Part shown: positions 1 to 8,580 of the stretch, one piece after another
How positions within the stretch are numbered: the first letter of the stretch is position 1
Layout: the number at the start of each line of letters is the position of its first letter
Assembly (NCBI GenBank): GCA_016839705.1
Contig: JAEOTR010000060.1
Coordinates: 32,001 to 96,000, forward strand
Source of the DNA: Promethearchaeota archaeon
GTDB taxonomy: Archaea > Asgardarchaeota > Lokiarchaeia > Sigyniarchaeales > SOKP01
Direction of reading: 5' to 3'
DNA length: 64,000 nucleotides
Notes under the pieces: model-generated
What the model was told of the DNA's origin: nothing
The model's input: the letters and a program-made list of their open reading frames with translations, nothing else
The model's database searches: none
Made by a program: the position numbers and the translations under genes

Positions 1-5
1 ATTAG

Positions 6-1295
6 ATGAACTTAATTAAAAGTAACTATCTCGCGTATTTTGTTGTCTATTTTACTATTAACATAATGAATATTTATCTTCTAATTTATTTCCCTTTGTA
101 TTTTTTCGACGTTTTAAATATTAACCGGCAGGCTTTAGCGTTAACACAGTTCATTTCTAAAAGCACGTTGATACTAGCTATCTTTTTGGGCTATTTTTAT
201 GATAAATTTGCTCAAAAGAAGAAATTTATTATATCAATTTCTGGAGCTATCTTTTTTTTTAGTTTTCTTCTATTTATTCTGTTCCGTAATACTTTATTTT
301 GGTTTGGTGTCTTTCTATCAATAAGTTTGGTCACAAAAACGGTAATCCAAACAGGAATGAGTAAATTAATGTTTGAATTAGTTAAATCAAATGAAGACCT
401 TAAAAAGAATGTGATACTGATCTCTAACGCGAGTTCCTCCCTTGGAGCATTTATACCGACGATTTTTTTTAGTATAATTGTCTTAGACTTTTATTCATTT
501 TCTCTGTGGAATTCCTTCTTTCTAATCGGCTGGATAATTTCTTTTCCTCTTTTATTAACTTTCTTCCTGATTAAAGACACCAATCATGAGAGAATCAATA
601 CTCAAAATGAGATAAAGTTAGTACCTCAGAACCAAGAAATAGGTATAAGTTCTAAATCTAAACTTTGGTTGACAATCATAGTATACGTTTCTTATTTTCT
701 TTTTTGGGGCAGCTATTTGTTTGGATATCCATTAAGTTCTTGGATTACCTTTAAGTTTGGCCAGAATGCATTCAAATTTTATTCCTCCTTTTATATCATC
801 TTCTTCCTTTTTAACATGACTGGATTTTTTATTGCAAAGAAAATCCATAAAGAAGGAAACGAAACGAAAGTCATAATGATAGGAATTTTTAGTGTTGTAA
901 GTCTTTTTCTTATCTATCCATATATATCTTTTTTTCCAATTTTCTTCATTTTATACTCTTTTGAAGCTTTTATTTATGGCCTCGTGATATCCAACTTCTT
1001 ATATATTATTATTGATATTTCTAGAAGAGGAAAATATGAAAACCTAAAATACCAAATAATGCAGAGTTCCAGTTATTTAGGTAATGCAATTTTCACTTCA
1101 TTAGGTATATTTCTATCGAGCTATTTTTCTACAACATCATTGATGGTGATTTCAGCATTTTTTGTTCTGTTAGCTGCAGTTCCTTTGATAGTAAAAGAGA
1201 TATCATATTTTTCTACTAATAAAAATATGAAAATTAATCTACAGAATCAGAAAATCATGGTAGGATATAATAAAAGCTCCTTGAAAATGGATTGA
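6..1295 (+). CDS. MFS-type transporter
   Basis: 429 aa, about 12 hydrophobic segments in two halves separated by a hydrophilic loop; GYFYDKFAQKK resembles MFS motif A. Confidence 0.75.
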   Translation: MNLIKSNYLAYFVVYFTINIMNIYLLIYFPLYFFDVLNINRQALALTQFISKSTLILAIFLGYFYDKFAQKKKFIISISGAIFFFSFLLFILFRNTLFWFGVFLSISLVTKTVIQTGMSKLMFELVKSNEDLKKNVILISNASSSLGAFIPTIFFSIIVLDFYSFSLWNSFFLIGWIISFPLLLTFFLIKDTNHERINTQNEIKLVPQNQEIGISSKSKLWLTIIVYVSYFLFWGSYLFGYPLSSWITFKFGQNAFKFYSSFYIIFFLFNMTGFFIAKKIHKEGNETKVIMIGIFSVVSLFLIYPYISFFPIFFILYSFEAFIYGLVISNFLYIIIDISRRGKYENLKYQIMQSSSYLGNAIFTSLGIFLSSYFSTTSLMVISAFFVLLAAVPLIVKEISYFSTNKNMKINLQNQKIMVGYNKSSLKMD

Positions 1296-1423
1296 AGTTT
1301 AATGGTTACAGATTTAAAACTTCAAGCACATAACATTATTAATATATTAAACGAATTTTTATTCAAATACAAAAATTCGCTCAGGAATTAAGTTTTATTG
1401 TTTAATAAAAGAATGAGATTAAG

Positions 1424-1523
1424 CGGACCTGGCAGGAATCGAACCTGCGATCTTTGGATTAGAAGTCCAACGCCATATTTACCCAATTTTTAATAAAAAA
1501 CCACCAGGCTTGGCTACAGGTCC
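1424..1523 (-). tRNA. tRNA-Arg(TCT) with 25-nt D-loop intron (1479-1503)
   Basis: Minus strand GGACCTGTAGCCAAGCCTGG[TGGTTTTTTATTAAAAATTGGGTAA]ATATGGCGTTGGACTTCTAATCCAAAGATCGCAGGTTCGATTCCTGCCAGGTCCG; acceptor stem, anticodon stem TTGGA/TCCAA with TCT, T-loop GTTCGA; intron forms a bulge-helix-bulge. Confidence 0.93.
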
Positions 1524-1860
1524 ATGATGAAGTTATTTAATATTTAGAATACAATATTATCTTTAAATTTTTGCTAAGGGATTTCTAATCGATTTAGGAC
1601 ATGAAATAATAGATAGAAAAAAAGAATCAACTTAAAATAAATTTAATCTCAATTAATTGAATGAAGGTGATGGATTTTAGAAGGAGATTTATCTTGTATC
1701 CTTCATAAGTAATTACGTCGGTAAGAATTTCCTTAAGGGCATTTACTAAATTAATAATTTATTAATATATTTCCTTTAATAAATGAGATTCTTTAATTAA
1801 ATTTAAGATAAATGATGAATTTTGCAGTTTGAATTAGTAAGTTAAAGGAGAGTATCGAAT

Positions 1861-2592
1861 TTGTATATAAAGCTCAAAACCAAACTTTATATCCATCAAA
1901 ATATACCTTATTCTTTTAATTGGAATAAACAAAATCATAAAGACAAATACTCTCAGATAACTTCTAATCGAGAAGAATTAAATAAATTAAAAATGCACTT
2001 CAAAAGAGTATATGATGGGATAATCCCTAATAACTTATTTAATTCTCGAAACCTCCCGAGAATCTCACAATTTAAAATAAGGGGTATAAAAACTAGCTTT
2101 ATTAGGAGTTTTAGTAAAAAATTAATCAGATCCGATAAAATAAAATACCACGATTCAAATTCAAAATTACCCCTTCATGCTCAAAAAGTTTTTGAAATTT
2201 ATAGGGTAAATAGAATACCCGGAAACCCCGGACATGAACCAATTCTAAAAAATATCCTAATTAAGGATAAAAATTCAATAGCTATTGAAGTTCCAGTTTG
2301 GAATGAAGCAGAGGCCCAGCGGATTACTGGACATATAGATTTAATCCAAGTTGAAAACAATACAGTTAAGGTTATTGATTATAAACCAGAGGGCAATTTT
2401 CTCTTTTCTTTACCACAAGTGGCCATGTATGGATTTATATTAAAATCTAAATTGAATATTAAAAATCTTAAATGTATTTCCTTTAATAAAGAAGAAGCTT
2501 GGGAATATGACCCTAACATCTTATTGTCTGACATAAAAGATTATTTGGTTTCCCATCGAATTAATGAAAGACCCTGGGAAAATTATTTATGA
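1861..2592 (+). CDS. PD-(D/E)XK nuclease-family protein
   Basis: AIEVPV...GHIDLIQV...VIDYK...QVAMY motif pattern of RecB/Cas4-like nucleases; AGGAG upstream of the TTG start. Confidence 0.7.
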   Translation: MYIKLKTKLYIHQNIPYSFNWNKQNHKDKYSQITSNREELNKLKMHFKRVYDGIIPNNLFNSRNLPRISQFKIRGIKTSFIRSFSKKLIRSDKIKYHDSNSKLPLHAQKVFEIYRVNRIPGNPGHEPILKNILIKDKNSIAIEVPVWNEAEAQRITGHIDLIQVENNTVKVIDYKPEGNFLFSLPQVAMYGFILKSKLNIKNLKCISFNKEEAWEYDPNILLSDIKDYLVSHRINERPWENYL

Positions 2593-2613
2593 AATCTTAA
2601 AAAATTAAGGAGT

Positions 2614-2880
2614 TCATTCTTTCCCTTCTGATTTTCCTTGATCTACTTTAGATTTTAGGTATCCCTTCAATAGTAAATAACACAAAAATAAGGAAATAAA
2701 CTCAATAATTAAGCCAAAAAAAGTGATTACTGTTCCATTATACCCGAGATATCTTAATAATATTGCTATAACTAACCCTGAAGAGGCTAATGCAAAAATG
2801 ATAAAACTTTTTACAATTTCCTTAAACGAATCTTTAATGTAAACTATTTCTCTCTTAATCCAAGAAAATACTGAGGGCAT
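2614..2880 (-). CDS. small membrane protein (2 TM)
   Basis: 88-aa ORF with ATG start and two hydrophobic helices. Confidence 0.65.
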   Translation of the reverse strand: MPSVFSWIKREIVYIKDSFKEIVKSFIIFALASSGLVIAILLRYLGYNGTVITFFGLIIEFISLFLCYLLLKGYLKSKVDQGKSEGKE

Positions 2881-2988
2881 AAATAATAATCTGTGTTTTG
2901 TAATAATTTTTTAAATAAATTAAATAAAGAATATTTTAATATCTTTCTTATTTTGTAGGGAAGTCTGACAACACTATTATTCTATTTC

Positions 2989-5220
2989 TTACTTTTTTTT
3001 AAATTTAGAATATAACGCTTTATCTAATAAACGTCCGATTTTTTTAGCTAATTGTGTAGCAATTTCATACCTTTCACCATCAAGTAGGCCTGGTTTATCT
3101 TTTGGGATTTTATTTATACCTCCTCTTTTATTTAGAACATCTACGCCTAATTTACTTACCATATTCCTGATTTTTTCATAGTCAGGTAGATTTATTTTGG
3201 GATCAAAAGATCTGATTTTTTCTACAGCAAAATTAAAGAATTCGCTCATTAAATCTATTGGATCTCCTTTCAATTCGCTATGAAGTTTAATATTTTCAAT
3301 CGCTGTTTTAGAATCTTTTTCTTGCCAATAAAGTTGATTCGGATTAATACCAGGACTGTTAATTCTCATAAGTGAACCCGTAATTCTTCTTTCAATCCAA
3401 TTCAATGTACTAAGTTCTTGTATTTCACGTATTTTCTTAGCTTCTACTTCCTTTTCTTTTTCTTTTTCTTCAATTTTTTGTTCTACTTCGATTTTCCTTG
3501 CTCGCTCAACCTTTTCTAATCTTTTGACTAGGTCATACCCAATACAATAAGATATAGGTGATATTAAATCCGATTTTAATTTTAATGAAGCGATATCCTC
3601 ATAGATCGGGCTAACATCATTCTCTAATTCAGATATCCCCTCTTTTAAGGATGTTTCAATAAGTCGGGCTAAAATAAAGCCATTAACAAGGAACGGTTGA
3701 TTTGAAGCATTTAATACAATAACTAATTCCTCTTGTCGCTTGAATATACGGTCAATTATTAATTCTTCTAGCTTAATTCTTACCCATTCCTCTGATTCTG
3801 TAGTACCAAAAATCTTTTTCAAGGCTAGAAGGTATAAGGATCTATCATTAGAAACTTTAAAAAATAATTCAATTATTCGACTGAGTTGCCTTAAAATTTT
3901 AGATAAGATATAGAAAAAAATGTCCCTTGCGATTTCATTGATGATTTCATCAAATTCAAGAATGAATATTATATGAGAATAATTCATTAATTTTAATTCA
4001 TCAATAAACACTCTATCAATAATTTGCTTTTTTTTTTTATAATCTTGCCTATCAGTTTTATTAGGTTTTTGATCGTTTAACGCTAAGAGGTCAGGTTTTT
4101 TTAGATTGTACCTGATCATATTTCTTTTTACGTTTTCAGCTAAATCTTTATCTAAGTTTAATAAATAAGGAATGTTAAAAACTCCATACCTATTCAAAAT
4201 ATAAACAATTTCATCAAAGCTCGATTCATTTAAACATTGTAAATAATAAATAAAATCATTCGGATTCTCTTTCAATTTTCTTACTAAGACGAATTTTAAA
4301 TAATTAAGAATTTTATTTTCAAACTGCTCATAATTTATTTTTTCTTTAAGACCCTCCTCAATGTTCTTTATTAAATATTTTTTAATTTCATTAGCAGCTT
4401 TGAATGCTTTCATTCCGGGAATAGAAATAGGAAAACGGTCAAAATTATAATCCACGACACGCCTTTTAATCATTCTTACTGGCATAGCCTCAATTTGTAA
4501 TTCTTTATATGACTTAAACTCAAAATTTGAACGAAGTTTGTTTATAATTCTACTCAATGAGGCTAATTCGATAAATTTATCTTCTTTTTCCTCTGATTCC
4601 AGTTTTTTTTCAATATCAACAGAGATTTCCTTAAAAGCGGAACTTTCTTCCAATATATCTGTCTTAACTTTATTAACTAAACCTATAAGATCGCTAATTA
4701 AGTCATAAAAATAAAATGGTGGATAATTGATTATAATTTCTTGAATTTCTTGTTCAATTCGACCCTCAATATCTTTAATCATTTTTTCCCTTTCAATTTC
4801 TTGGAGTTCGGGTGATCTCTCTTCAATTAAAAGGGAAAGAAAATTATTTTCAAGGTCTATTATCTTATTGAGAAGGTTCACCTCTAAAGAAAGTGAATTT
4901 TTTAAAAGGGTCTCTACTTCCTCAAATAAATTTCTCTTTTCAAATGATTCTAAATTTCTTGTTGAATCGAAGGTAAACTTACTTGAGTCCAGGGCACTCT
5001 TTACTCTAATCCCTAAATTATGATATATATGAATTGTGGCAGTTGCAATTAATAAATCATTGAAGGTTGTGTCTTTGCTAACAAGTTCAAAGATTTTACT
5101 CATATCCGCTTCTCTTTTGAAATGTGAAATTATTAAATCAACTGTCTGAAAAAACCTAGATGTACTTTCAACTGCTGTTGTTTTTCTCTTTACACCACTT
5201 ATCATACCTACTTCATCCAC
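2989..5220 (-). CDS. large hypothetical alpha-helical protein
   Basis: 743-aa ORF overlapping the upstream gene's 3' end; no recognised motif. Confidence 0.8.
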   Translation of the reverse strand: MDEVGMISGVKRKTTAVESTSRFFQTVDLIISHFKREADMSKIFELVSKDTTFNDLLIATATIHIYHNLGIRVKSALDSSKFTFDSTRNLESFEKRNLFEEVETLLKNSLSLEVNLLNKIIDLENNFLSLLIEERSPELQEIEREKMIKDIEGRIEQEIQEIIINYPPFYFYDLISDLIGLVNKVKTDILEESSAFKEISVDIEKKLESEEKEDKFIELASLSRIINKLRSNFEFKSYKELQIEAMPVRMIKRRVVDYNFDRFPISIPGMKAFKAANEIKKYLIKNIEEGLKEKINYEQFENKILNYLKFVLVRKLKENPNDFIYYLQCLNESSFDEIVYILNRYGVFNIPYLLNLDKDLAENVKRNMIRYNLKKPDLLALNDQKPNKTDRQDYKKKKQIIDRVFIDELKLMNYSHIIFILEFDEIINEIARDIFFYILSKILRQLSRIIELFFKVSNDRSLYLLALKKIFGTTESEEWVRIKLEELIIDRIFKRQEELVIVLNASNQPFLVNGFILARLIETSLKEGISELENDVSPIYEDIASLKLKSDLISPISYCIGYDLVKRLEKVERARKIEVEQKIEEKEKEKEVEAKKIREIQELSTLNWIERRITGSLMRINSPGINPNQLYWQEKDSKTAIENIKLHSELKGDPIDLMSEFFNFAVEKIRSFDPKINLPDYEKIRNMVSKLGVDVLNKRGGINKIPKDKPGLLDGERYEIATQLAKKIGRLLDKALYSKFKKK

Positions 5221-7502
5221 TCCCTATAGACTTCTTTAAAATTATCTGATAACTCAAATCGAACATTATTATGCCAAAACTTAAAATCTATTACATGAAA
5301 TAGATCTCCCTTAAACAACTCTTTTTCTTCATTTGTTAAATTATGCTTTAAAATTAAAGAGAGGGGTCTTGGGATAAGTTTTGAAAAGTATTTTAGGTAG
5401 ATCTTTTCTATATATTCATTATAGGTATCAATATTGTTAATATTGAAGAAGTTAATCGGAACTCCTTGCTCAATTTGAAAATCTAATGTGCCAATAGCTT
5501 CTTTAATTTTTCGTTTAACATACTTTGGGAATTCTTCATTTATTCCTAAGCTTAATTCATATTGTTTATAAAATTCAATTAATTTCCTTTTTTCTTGGGC
5601 ATCGGAGATACCTGCGATATAATTATCCAAGAATTCTAAAAACTTGTTTAATTTCTGTTCATTAGTTTCTCGATTCTCAAAATATTCTAAGAAATTAGTA
5701 TAAATTTCGGTTAAAGTCCAATCTCTTCTTTCTTCAATTTTGAGGAATTTTTTAGAATAGTCATTTATCCACTGTAAAACATACGATTTCCATTCTAAGT
5801 TAATTCCACCGATCCTTTTCTCTAAAAAGCGATAGAATTTATTGGTAAAGCTAATAGGATCTTGTACTTCACTTCCGGATTCATCCTTAATAAACCGATT
5901 TATCGTTGAGTGCCTTAGAATGTAGCTCAATAAGTAGTCTAACTCACTCGAGAACTTTTTAAACTTATCTATATGAAATTTAATTAGATTAATGTTCTGA
6001 TCTATTTGGATTTCAGCAAAGGAAACTAGATCTTCTATTTTCAAACTAATCTTATCAAAAAAAGTGTCAATGTTATTATTAACTAGATTACGGAATTCTA
6101 AAATTAACTTGTTTTCTTCAAAAGTTTTTGATAATGTAGTTGATTCAACTTCTATTAGATTAAAAAGATGATCTATAAATTCCTGTATTAATTTTAATCC
6201 CAAAATCTTTGCTGGTTTTTTTTCCTTATTAAATTGAACCTTAAGATTTTCTGTTAATTCAATTGCTAGTGTTTTTAATCGACGGTGAGAAAGATATGCG
6301 GGAAAGGATCTTCTAATCATATCTAAGCTTCTTTTTACAATTTCTGAAAAATAATTAAATACTGATTTTAATTCTGAAATCCTTAAATTCTCCTTTTGAA
6401 TAACGGAATGATTAAGGAACTTAATAATAATTTCGCAAATTTCTTTAAAATCTTCATTTTCTAATTTTCCTTTATTTACAATGAAAAGGGAGTAATTTTC
6501 TACTAATACCGATAAATCTCCCATTTCTCCCGTTGCGAGAAAATCATGTGAATACTCTAAAAATTTGTTTAAATATCTTTCCAAGGCTAATAATATCTTG
6601 GAACTTTGAGAAATTAACCACTCTCCATTTTGAAGTTCTTTTGAATCAACAATCTCTTTTCTGATACTTTTTATTAAAAATTTAACTAATTCATCTTGAT
6701 ACTCATCCAACGTTCCCATATTTGCCAGGTTGATAAGACTTGTTCCCAGATTTAATGTCTTATCAACAATAAAGTTCGCACTTGGCTCAGATATCGAATA
6801 TTTAAGGTGTTCCAGTGCCTCTTGACCTTCAAAAGGCATCTTCACCTTTTCAAACCTACTATTTAATAAATTAATTTCAATAGGTTTTTTATACCATAAA
6901 ACTTCTACGTCTGATATAATTTTAGCATATGTAGTTAACATTTCCTTTTCTGTTGGTAGTGATGTGCTTAAACCAATTAGTCTTTTATTCCATTTTTCTT
7001 CGATTAAATCCCCAAAAATCTTTTTGCTAAACCTTGAAGCAAATTTATTATAAAACATCTGTCTACTTTTGTTAGAAAAGTCTGGGCGATCAGCAAATTC
7101 TTCAACTTCATAAAAGAGTTTGCTTATACTATTCATTGAAGCACTGGATTTGTGAACATCCAAATACCCAGTCTCTGGTTTTAAGGCAAGGAGCAAACTC
7201 TCACATTCCTTAAACTCTCCTGGAATAAATATCATCGATTTAGGATAAATCTGCGTTTTTGCAGCTTTTTCATCAAGATTATATAATTCAAACTCAATAC
7301 TAAACACTTCTGCTCCAGTATAGTCCCTTAATATAGCATTATACATCGCTAAATATTTTATAACCTCCTGTGAGAGCTCATTAACTTTTTCTCTTGTCAA
7401 TCTTCCGGGACCAATAACGTCACCAGCGATGAGATCATTTGGGGATGAGTATCCAAATATTAAAGAAAATTGGTAATTAATAGATTCTCGTGTGGTTATC
7501 AT
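5208..7502 (-). CDS. large hypothetical protein
   Basis: 764-aa ORF; alpha/beta-looking N- and C-terminal ends flank a long helical body; no recognised motif. Confidence 0.8.
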   Translation of the reverse strand: MITTRESINYQFSLIFGYSSPNDLIAGDVIGPGRLTREKVNELSQEVIKYLAMYNAILRDYTGAEVFSIEFELYNLDEKAAKTQIYPKSMIFIPGEFKECESLLLALKPETGYLDVHKSSASMNSISKLFYEVEEFADRPDFSNKSRQMFYNKFASRFSKKIFGDLIEEKWNKRLIGLSTSLPTEKEMLTTYAKIISDVEVLWYKKPIEINLLNSRFEKVKMPFEGQEALEHLKYSISEPSANFIVDKTLNLGTSLINLANMGTLDEYQDELVKFLIKSIRKEIVDSKELQNGEWLISQSSKILLALERYLNKFLEYSHDFLATGEMGDLSVLVENYSLFIVNKGKLENEDFKEICEIIIKFLNHSVIQKENLRISELKSVFNYFSEIVKRSLDMIRRSFPAYLSHRRLKTLAIELTENLKVQFNKEKKPAKILGLKLIQEFIDHLFNLIEVESTTLSKTFEENKLILEFRNLVNNNIDTFFDKISLKIEDLVSFAEIQIDQNINLIKFHIDKFKKFSSELDYLLSYILRHSTINRFIKDESGSEVQDPISFTNKFYRFLEKRIGGINLEWKSYVLQWINDYSKKFLKIEERRDWTLTEIYTNFLEYFENRETNEQKLNKFLEFLDNYIAGISDAQEKRKLIEFYKQYELSLGINEEFPKYVKRKIKEAIGTLDFQIEQGVPINFFNINNIDTYNEYIEKIYLKYFSKLIPRPLSLILKHNLTNEEKELFKGDLFHVIDFKFWHNNVRFELSDNFKEVYREWMK

Positions 7503-7793
7503 AATTTCTGTAAAGGCAAATGTTAGTTTCTTATTTTAAAAACTAATAGTAATTAATCCTTTTAAATGAATTTAAACAAAATTTAGGAATTGTTGTAAAT
7601 ATTTTTAAGTTTATATAATATTAAAATTTACTATTGATTGATATGTTGTTATAACACGTAGATCTCTTTAATGAATTCTTGTTTTTAATCTGCTTTTACA
7701 ACACAATATAAAAATAAAAATATAATAAGCAAAATAATTATTATAATTATAATATTTTATAAAAATTCCTTAAAGCACTAAAGGTGTAGGCTT

Positions 7794-8198
7794 ATACAGT
7801 TTGGATCCGATTTAGGTATAAATCAAGAAGATATAGAGAAAATTAGTCCACAAATTACCTTTATAACCTCTAATGCAGATATTGAAGCGATTGCGCTTGT
7901 CAGTTCTGAAGGTTACCAGATTGCATTTTCAGCATTACCCCAATATCATGTGGATGGGGACCAATTTTGCGGACTTGCAAGTGCATTATTAATGACAGGT
8001 AGATCTACTATTCAAACATTATTTCAGGAGGATTTAAGTGAAGTCATTGTTAGGGCAGAAAATGGTTATATTATCATAACCAACGCTGGAAGATTAGTAA
8101 TAGTTTGTGCGGGAACTATTATTGATACTTTGATGAAATCTGTAAAAGTCATGCGCATAGCGGCTAAAAACCTATATAAAATATTCGAGAATCGATAA
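7794..8198 (+). CDS. roadblock/LC7 domain protein (probable ATA start; ORF track starts at GTG 7950)
   Basis: Frame is open from 7782; the extension encodes IEAIALVSSEGYQIAFS, the roadblock beta1-beta2, completing the fold with EVIVRAENGYIIITNAG; AAGGTG upstream of ATA 7794. Confidence 0.85.
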   Translation: MQFGSDLGINQEDIEKISPQITFITSNADIEAIALVSSEGYQIAFSALPQYHVDGDQFCGLASALLMTGRSTIQTLFQEDLSEVIVRAENGYIIITNAGRLVIVCAGTIIDTLMKSVKVMRIAAKNLYKIFENR

Positions 8199-8201
8199 TA
8201 C

Positions 8202-8210
8202 TTTTTTTTT
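8202..8210 (+). terminator. oligo-T tract after roadblock gene
   Basis: T9 a few bases after the stop codon, typical of archaeal intrinsic termination. Confidence 0.5.
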
Positions 8211-8349
8211 GGTTATTTCCTATCAAGGGAAATCTGCTTTCAATTTTAACAAAAATGTAAAACCATATACCCATAGTTTAAAAATATTACAAAAATATCA
8301 AAAGGAAAGAGTTAACTTTTTAAGCCTTAAAATAAAATAATCAATAACA

Positions 8350-8357
8350 TTATAATA
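8350..8357 (+). promoter_or_regulatory. candidate TATA box for the trp leader transcript
   Basis: TTATAATA about 20-25 nt upstream of leader ATG 8376, compatible with a near-leaderless mRNA; the AT-rich context makes this weak. Confidence 0.35.
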
Positions 8358-8375
8358 ACTTTAAAATAATGTCTT

Positions 8376-8444
8376 ATGACGCTTGCTAAAAACCTTCTGT
8401 GGTGTTGGCAGTGGCCTTGGCGTGGCGATAACGCCTTTGCATAG
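8376..8444 (+). CDS. Trp-rich leader peptide MTLAKNLLWCWQWPWRGDNAFA (candidate attenuator upstream of trpB2)
   Basis: ATG..TAG, 22 aa, in-frame TGG at 8400, 8406, 8412 and 8418; GC-rich island in AT-rich intergenic DNA; ends 136 nt before trpB2. Confidence 0.75.
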   Translation: MTLAKNLLWCWQWPWRGDNAFA

Positions 8445-8518
8445 GACTTAATTTAATGAAAGCATCTCTCTTCTCTTGGTTTTACCCTTTCAAAAATTAA
8501 ATTTATATCTTTTATGCG

Positions 8519-8549
8519 CATTAATCTATTGGCATCCAATAAATTAATG
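8519..8549 (+). promoter_or_regulatory. inverted repeat/hairpin between leader peptide and trpB2
   Basis: CATTAAT-c-TATTGG cat CCAATA-a-ATTAATG, 13 of 14 positions paired. Confidence 0.5.
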
Positions 8550-8580
8550 ACACACATTTAATATAAAGAAACAATTATAT

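Noticed and set aside
1524-1860. ATGATGA box-C-like words at 1524 and 1812 and short open frames
   Set aside because: No properly spaced CTGA box D, terminal stem or recognisable protein similarity
8369-8389. Alternative micro-ORF MSYDAC* overlapping the trp leader
   Set aside because: Six codons with no Trp; no support beyond chance, although it could compete for initiation
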